A DNA stretch of 57,062 nucleotides, from positions 1 through 57,062 of IMG/VR virus record IMGVR_UViG_2554235497_000003; one strand, given 5' to 3'. Each line of letters opens with the position of its first letter. The first letter of the stretch is position 1. The translations under genes and the position numbers were made by a program. Below the pieces are notes generated by a model that saw nothing but the letters and a program-made list of their open reading frames with translations, was not told the DNA's origin and made no database searches. The stretch is from a virus. This document shows positions 53,804 through 57,062 of the stretch, piece by piece.

Positions 53804-56195
53804 GCTACACGGACGAACACACGAGAACGACCTCGAGACGGTCGAACTGTACGGGTTCTTCCCTCATTTTTACGCTCCGGCTGATGAAGTAGCTGAGCGG
53901 CGCGACTCACTGTTCACCAACGAGAGCGTGAAGGGGATCGAAGAAGACGGCTACGAGAGCATTTTCGGAGATCCACTGGGCCGTATCGAAGTCACGTCAC
54001 AGAAGGCCGTAGCGGAGGTGAAAGAGCTATTCAGCGAGACGTTCGAGGCCGACGTTCATGTAACGACACACGCGCGCGTGCAGTGGTCGCTGTTTCAGGG
54101 AGTCGAAGCTCCAGCGACCGAGTGCCACTACAGCGAGATCGAACCGTGTGAATTCGTGGCGGAACCACGCATCGTCACGTTCGACATTGAGACGGACGAC
54201 CGGGGCGAGTTCCCCGAGCCGGGTGAGAAACCGATCCTCTCGATCGTGGCACACGACAGCTACTCGGACGAGTACCACGGGTTCATCGACCTCGATGGCC
54301 GTTCCGTCACCGACGCCTTTCCCGATGGAAAACCCGAGGGCCTGACCGCACTGCACTACTACGAGAACGAAGAGGGGATGCTGAACGGCTTCACGGAGTG
54401 GATGAACGCCGTCGATCCCGACGTTCTCACGGCGTGGAACATCGACTTCGACGCGCCGTATGTACTGGCTCGGATGGGAGAGATCGGGCTGAACCCGAAC
54501 CGTCTGAGCCGTGAGTACTATGCCACGGTCACGCGGGGTGGCAAGGCGATCATCTCGGGTATGACGGTCTACGATATGCTCGAGGCGTACAAGTCCACGA
54601 AGCGCGGCGAGCTGCGATCGTACAAGCTCGACGACGTAGCTGAAGCCGAGTTGGGCGAGAAGAAACTCGATCACACGGGCGAGTCGATCTACGAGATGTG
54701 GCGCGACGACGCTGACAAGCTGATGCGCTACAACGCGATCGACGTTCGCCTAACTGTTGAGGTTGCGGAAGCCTCGGGCGTCCTCGATTTCAAGCAAACG
54801 CTCCGCCACGAGGTGGGCGCGGATCTCGAGGATACGAACTCGAACAGCGGTGTGATCGAGATGATGACGCGCCGCAAGCTCCACGAGCGCGGCGTGATCG
54901 GGCCGGATGCAAAGTACGTGCCCAAGGACGAGAAGTATGAGGGAGCGTTCGTCTTCGAGCCGTACACAGGTGTTGCGAAGAACGTCGTGGGAATGGATCT
55001 GGCTAGCTTGTACCCGATGACGATGGCGATGTTGAACGCTTCGCCAGAGACGGTCCTCGATCTTGGCAACCACGACGTGCCGTATTCGGTGGCCCCGAAC
55101 GGTGCGAGGTTCCGCCTCGATCGGGATGGCATCTTCAAGGAGCTTGTCGATGACGCGATTGCGCTGAAAGCCGACTACAAGAAAGAGCGGAACAAGTACG
55201 AGGCAGGTACGCCTGAGTACGAAGAATACAGTGAAAAATACGACGTAAGTAAGACAATCTGCAACTCGATCTACGGCGTTACGGGGTGGGAACGGTTCTT
55301 CCTCTACGACGAGAGAGTGGCTGAAGCGGTTACAACGACCGGACAAAAGGTAATCAAGGCCACGCAGCGCTACATCAACGAAGAAACTGACGGGGAAGTG
55401 ATATACGGAGACACCGATTCAAACTACCTCCGGTTCCCCAGTCATTGGACGAAAGAGCGGTGTCTCGAGGAAGCACAGGAGATTGCGGAAGCACTGAACA
55501 ACGTCGTGTATCCCGATCTCGCTGAGGATCACGGTATTCCTGCTGCGGATAACCTGTGGGAGATCGAGGTCGAGGCCTACATGGAGCGGTACTTCCAAGC
55601 GGGCAAAAAGAAGCGCTATGCCTACCTCTGCACCTGGAAAGACGGCCAGGACTGCAAGCCGAAGGTGAGCATCACCGGATTTACTCGGAGCGACATTTCG
55701 ATGCTCACAACGGAGCTGCAAGACGAAATCCTCGAGATGATCCTTGAGGGCGCGACCGAGATCGAACTCGGACAGCGCGTCTACGAGGCCGCCAAAGAGA
55801 TCAAACCGACAGGAAGCGACCTCGAGTATCTTGGTATCCCTGGTGGGTTATCGAAGCCGATCGAGGAATACGCTTGGACGAACGGCACGCCGAAGGACCC
55901 GCATCCACGAGGGGCGTGGTTCTCGAACGAGCTGTACGGAACGAACTTCAGCGGTGGCAGCAAGCCGAAGCGGATCTACGTGCAGCCGTACCATGAAGAC
56001 GGGTTCAACCACGAGATCGACGTGTTGTGCTTCGATGATCCCTCGAGCCTTCCGCCCACGGTCAAGTTGGACACGACACGAATGACGGACACGCTCATCG
56101 TCAGTCCACTCGGGACGATCCTCGACGCGGTTGATGTGGACGTTGACGCAGCGATCAAGAACCAGCTTCAGACAGGGCTGTCGGCGTTCGTATGA
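53739..56195 (+). CDS. polB: Family B DNA polymerase (RNA-primed type), no intein
   Basis: Exo FDIETD, WNIDFD, YNAID; Pol DLASLYP, KTICNSIYG, YGDTDS. Confidence 0.97.
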   Translation: MKLYVTNITTAWNEDRAQQTIKLHGRTHENDLETVELYGFFPHFYAPADEVAERRDSLFTNESVKGIEEDGYESIFGDPLGRIEVTSQKAVAEVKELFSETFEADVHVTTHARVQWSLFQGVEAPATECHYSEIEPCEFVAEPRIVTFDIETDDRGEFPEPGEKPILSIVAHDSYSDEYHGFIDLDGRSVTDAFPDGKPEGLTALHYYENEEGMLNGFTEWMNAVDPDVLTAWNIDFDAPYVLARMGEIGLNPNRLSREYYATVTRGGKAIISGMTVYDMLEAYKSTKRGELRSYKLDDVAEAELGEKKLDHTGESIYEMWRDDADKLMRYNAIDVRLTVEVAEASGVLDFKQTLRHEVGADLEDTNSNSGVIEMMTRRKLHERGVIGPDAKYVPKDEKYEGAFVFEPYTGVAKNVVGMDLASLYPMTMAMLNASPETVLDLGNHDVPYSVAPNGARFRLDRDGIFKELVDDAIALKADYKKERNKYEAGTPEYEEYSEKYDVSKTICNSIYGVTGWERFFLYDERVAEAVTTTGQKVIKATQRYINEETDGEVIYGDTDSNYLRFPSHWTKERCLEEAQEIAEALNNVVYPDLAEDHGIPAADNLWEIEVEAYMERYFQAGKKKRYAYLCTWKDGQDCKPKVSITGFTRSDISMLTTELQDEILEMILEGATEIELGQRVYEAAKEIKPTGSDLEYLGIPGGLSKPIEEYAWTNGTPKDPHPRGAWFSNELYGTNFSGGSKPKRIYVQPYHEDGFNHEIDVLCFDDPSSLPPTVKLDTTRMTDTLIVSPLGTILDAVDVDVDAAIKNQLQTGLSAFV

Positions 56196-56404
56196 CACTC
56201 GAGTGCGAGCGCTGCGGTGAGATAGAGAACGTTGCGCGATTCCGCCACTTCGACACGGATATGGACGAGTTCCTCTGTTGGGAGTGTCGCTGGCCAATCA
56301 TCGAGCGGCGTCTCCATCCTGAACGCATCGAAGAGAGGGGAGCGACGATCAAACGAGGTCAACCAGAAGTGGTCGGGCAATCGAGCCTTGCAGACTTCGT
56401 ATAG
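56192..56404 (+). CDS. Small zinc-finger protein
   Basis: CERC...CWEC; coupled to polB. Confidence 0.6.
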   Translation: MTLECERCGEIENVARFRHFDTDMDEFLCWECRWPIIERRLHPERIEERGATIKRGQPEVVGQSSLADFV

Positions 56405-56459
56405 CAGTATTCAGTATTAGCATGGATTCTACCGGGAACGTAATGCGTCAAATCTAGTT

Positions 56460-57062
56460 CTACTGTGTGAGGAACTCGTCGGGATTCTTAGTGATGATTA
56501 TCGGATGTCCGGTTTCTTCACAGAACCCCTCGTATTCGAGGAATCCCATAGCAGAGGTGAACGAATCGGGCTGTGCCGATAGTGTGTGGGTTCCATCACA
56601 CATATTACAGTCTGTCGTAATTTCTTCAGGTATCTCTGCCCCATCAAGATTTTCGGGATCAGGAGAGTCTCCTGTGACTTTCCCAATATCATCCGATAGC
56701 CACTCGGAATGTGATTGTTTCACTTTGTCCCAGTCTGATCCTTCAGCAACAATATCCCATTCGCTCGTGGAGTGGTCACAGTGCAGTCCGTATGTATGAC
56801 CGTCGATCTGCACTACGAATGAGATTGCCTCCTGTGTGCCCGGAAGAGGCATATTCAACATTTTCTCTACCCTGTCGATCCGAGAGTCGTTTTTCAACTC
56901 GTTAAACTCATCTTTTTCCAAAATTCGGTTAGGGATTTCGTCGGGTTGGGGTTCAGGGAGAAATGCGTCGTCAATCAGACCTTGACCTGGACAGTCATGA
57001 AGTCGAAGTTTGGACAGCGTTCGGAAGGATTCACCGCAAGCATCGCAGGTTCGATCTGCCAT
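56460..57062 (-). CDS. Hypothetical protein with N-terminal zinc finger; cargo or host flank
   Basis: CDACGESF..L..HDC; second CNMC...C pair. Confidence 0.65.
   Translation of the reverse strand: MADRTCDACGESFRTLSKLRLHDCPGQGLIDDAFLPEPQPDEIPNRILEKDEFNELKNDSRIDRVEKMLNMPLPGTQEAISFVVQIDGHTYGLHCDHSTSEWDIVAEGSDWDKVKQSHSEWLSDDIGKVTGDSPDPENLDGAEIPEEITTDCNMCDGTHTLSAQPDSFTSAMGFLEYEGFCEETGHPIIITKNPDEFLTQ

Larger units (their letters stand above)
1..56404. mobile_element. Haloarchaeal tailed (myovirus-like) provirus; exact ends not resolved
   Basis: Integrase, a complete head/contractile-tail/baseplate module and a replication arm with primase and PolB; acidic proteins throughout; no att repeat identified. 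Confidence 0.93.

Noticed and set aside
53739-56195. Intein in PolB or TerL
   Set aside because: Lengths are normal, motifs are contiguous, and no C/S...HN splice junctions were seen.
1-57062. Frequent CTCGAG and GATC sites
   Set aside because: Explained by Leu-Glu/Asp-rich codon usage and host composition; not quantified, so no claim is made.

Overview
The window is almost entirely one apparently intact haloarchaeal head-tailed provirus with a contractile (myovirus-type) tail; the acidic proteins and haloarchaea-type domains point to a haloarchaeal host. Layout: an SNJ2-type tyrosine integrase (1-975) and a small cargo block, then a minus-strand virion module (terS/terL, portal, protease, MCP, neck, sheath/tube, tape measure, baseplate, fibre; 3.3-26.3 kb). 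A divergent non-coding zone follows (28.1-29.7 kb), then a plus-strand early/replication arm (ATPase, primase, Cas4-like nuclease, TGT-like protein, PolB; 29.7-56.4 kb). The most unusual signals are non-coding. (1) At least seven dispersed, anticodon-less tRNA-like elements with covarying stems, most followed by a CGGG...CCCG hairpin, three of them in a ~133-nt-period tandem array. (2) A ~950-nt stretch with no credible ORF and at least 22 hairpins. (3) A three-copy stem-loop motif with a conserved 24-25-nt core and covarying closing stems. Protein-level highlights are a neck protein fused to a HExxH metallopeptidase, a +1 UUU_CGU frameshift in the tail chaperone, and a candidate TGT-type DNA-modification module. 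All calls are from manual reading of the sequence; no searches or folding programs were run, and attachment sites were not found.
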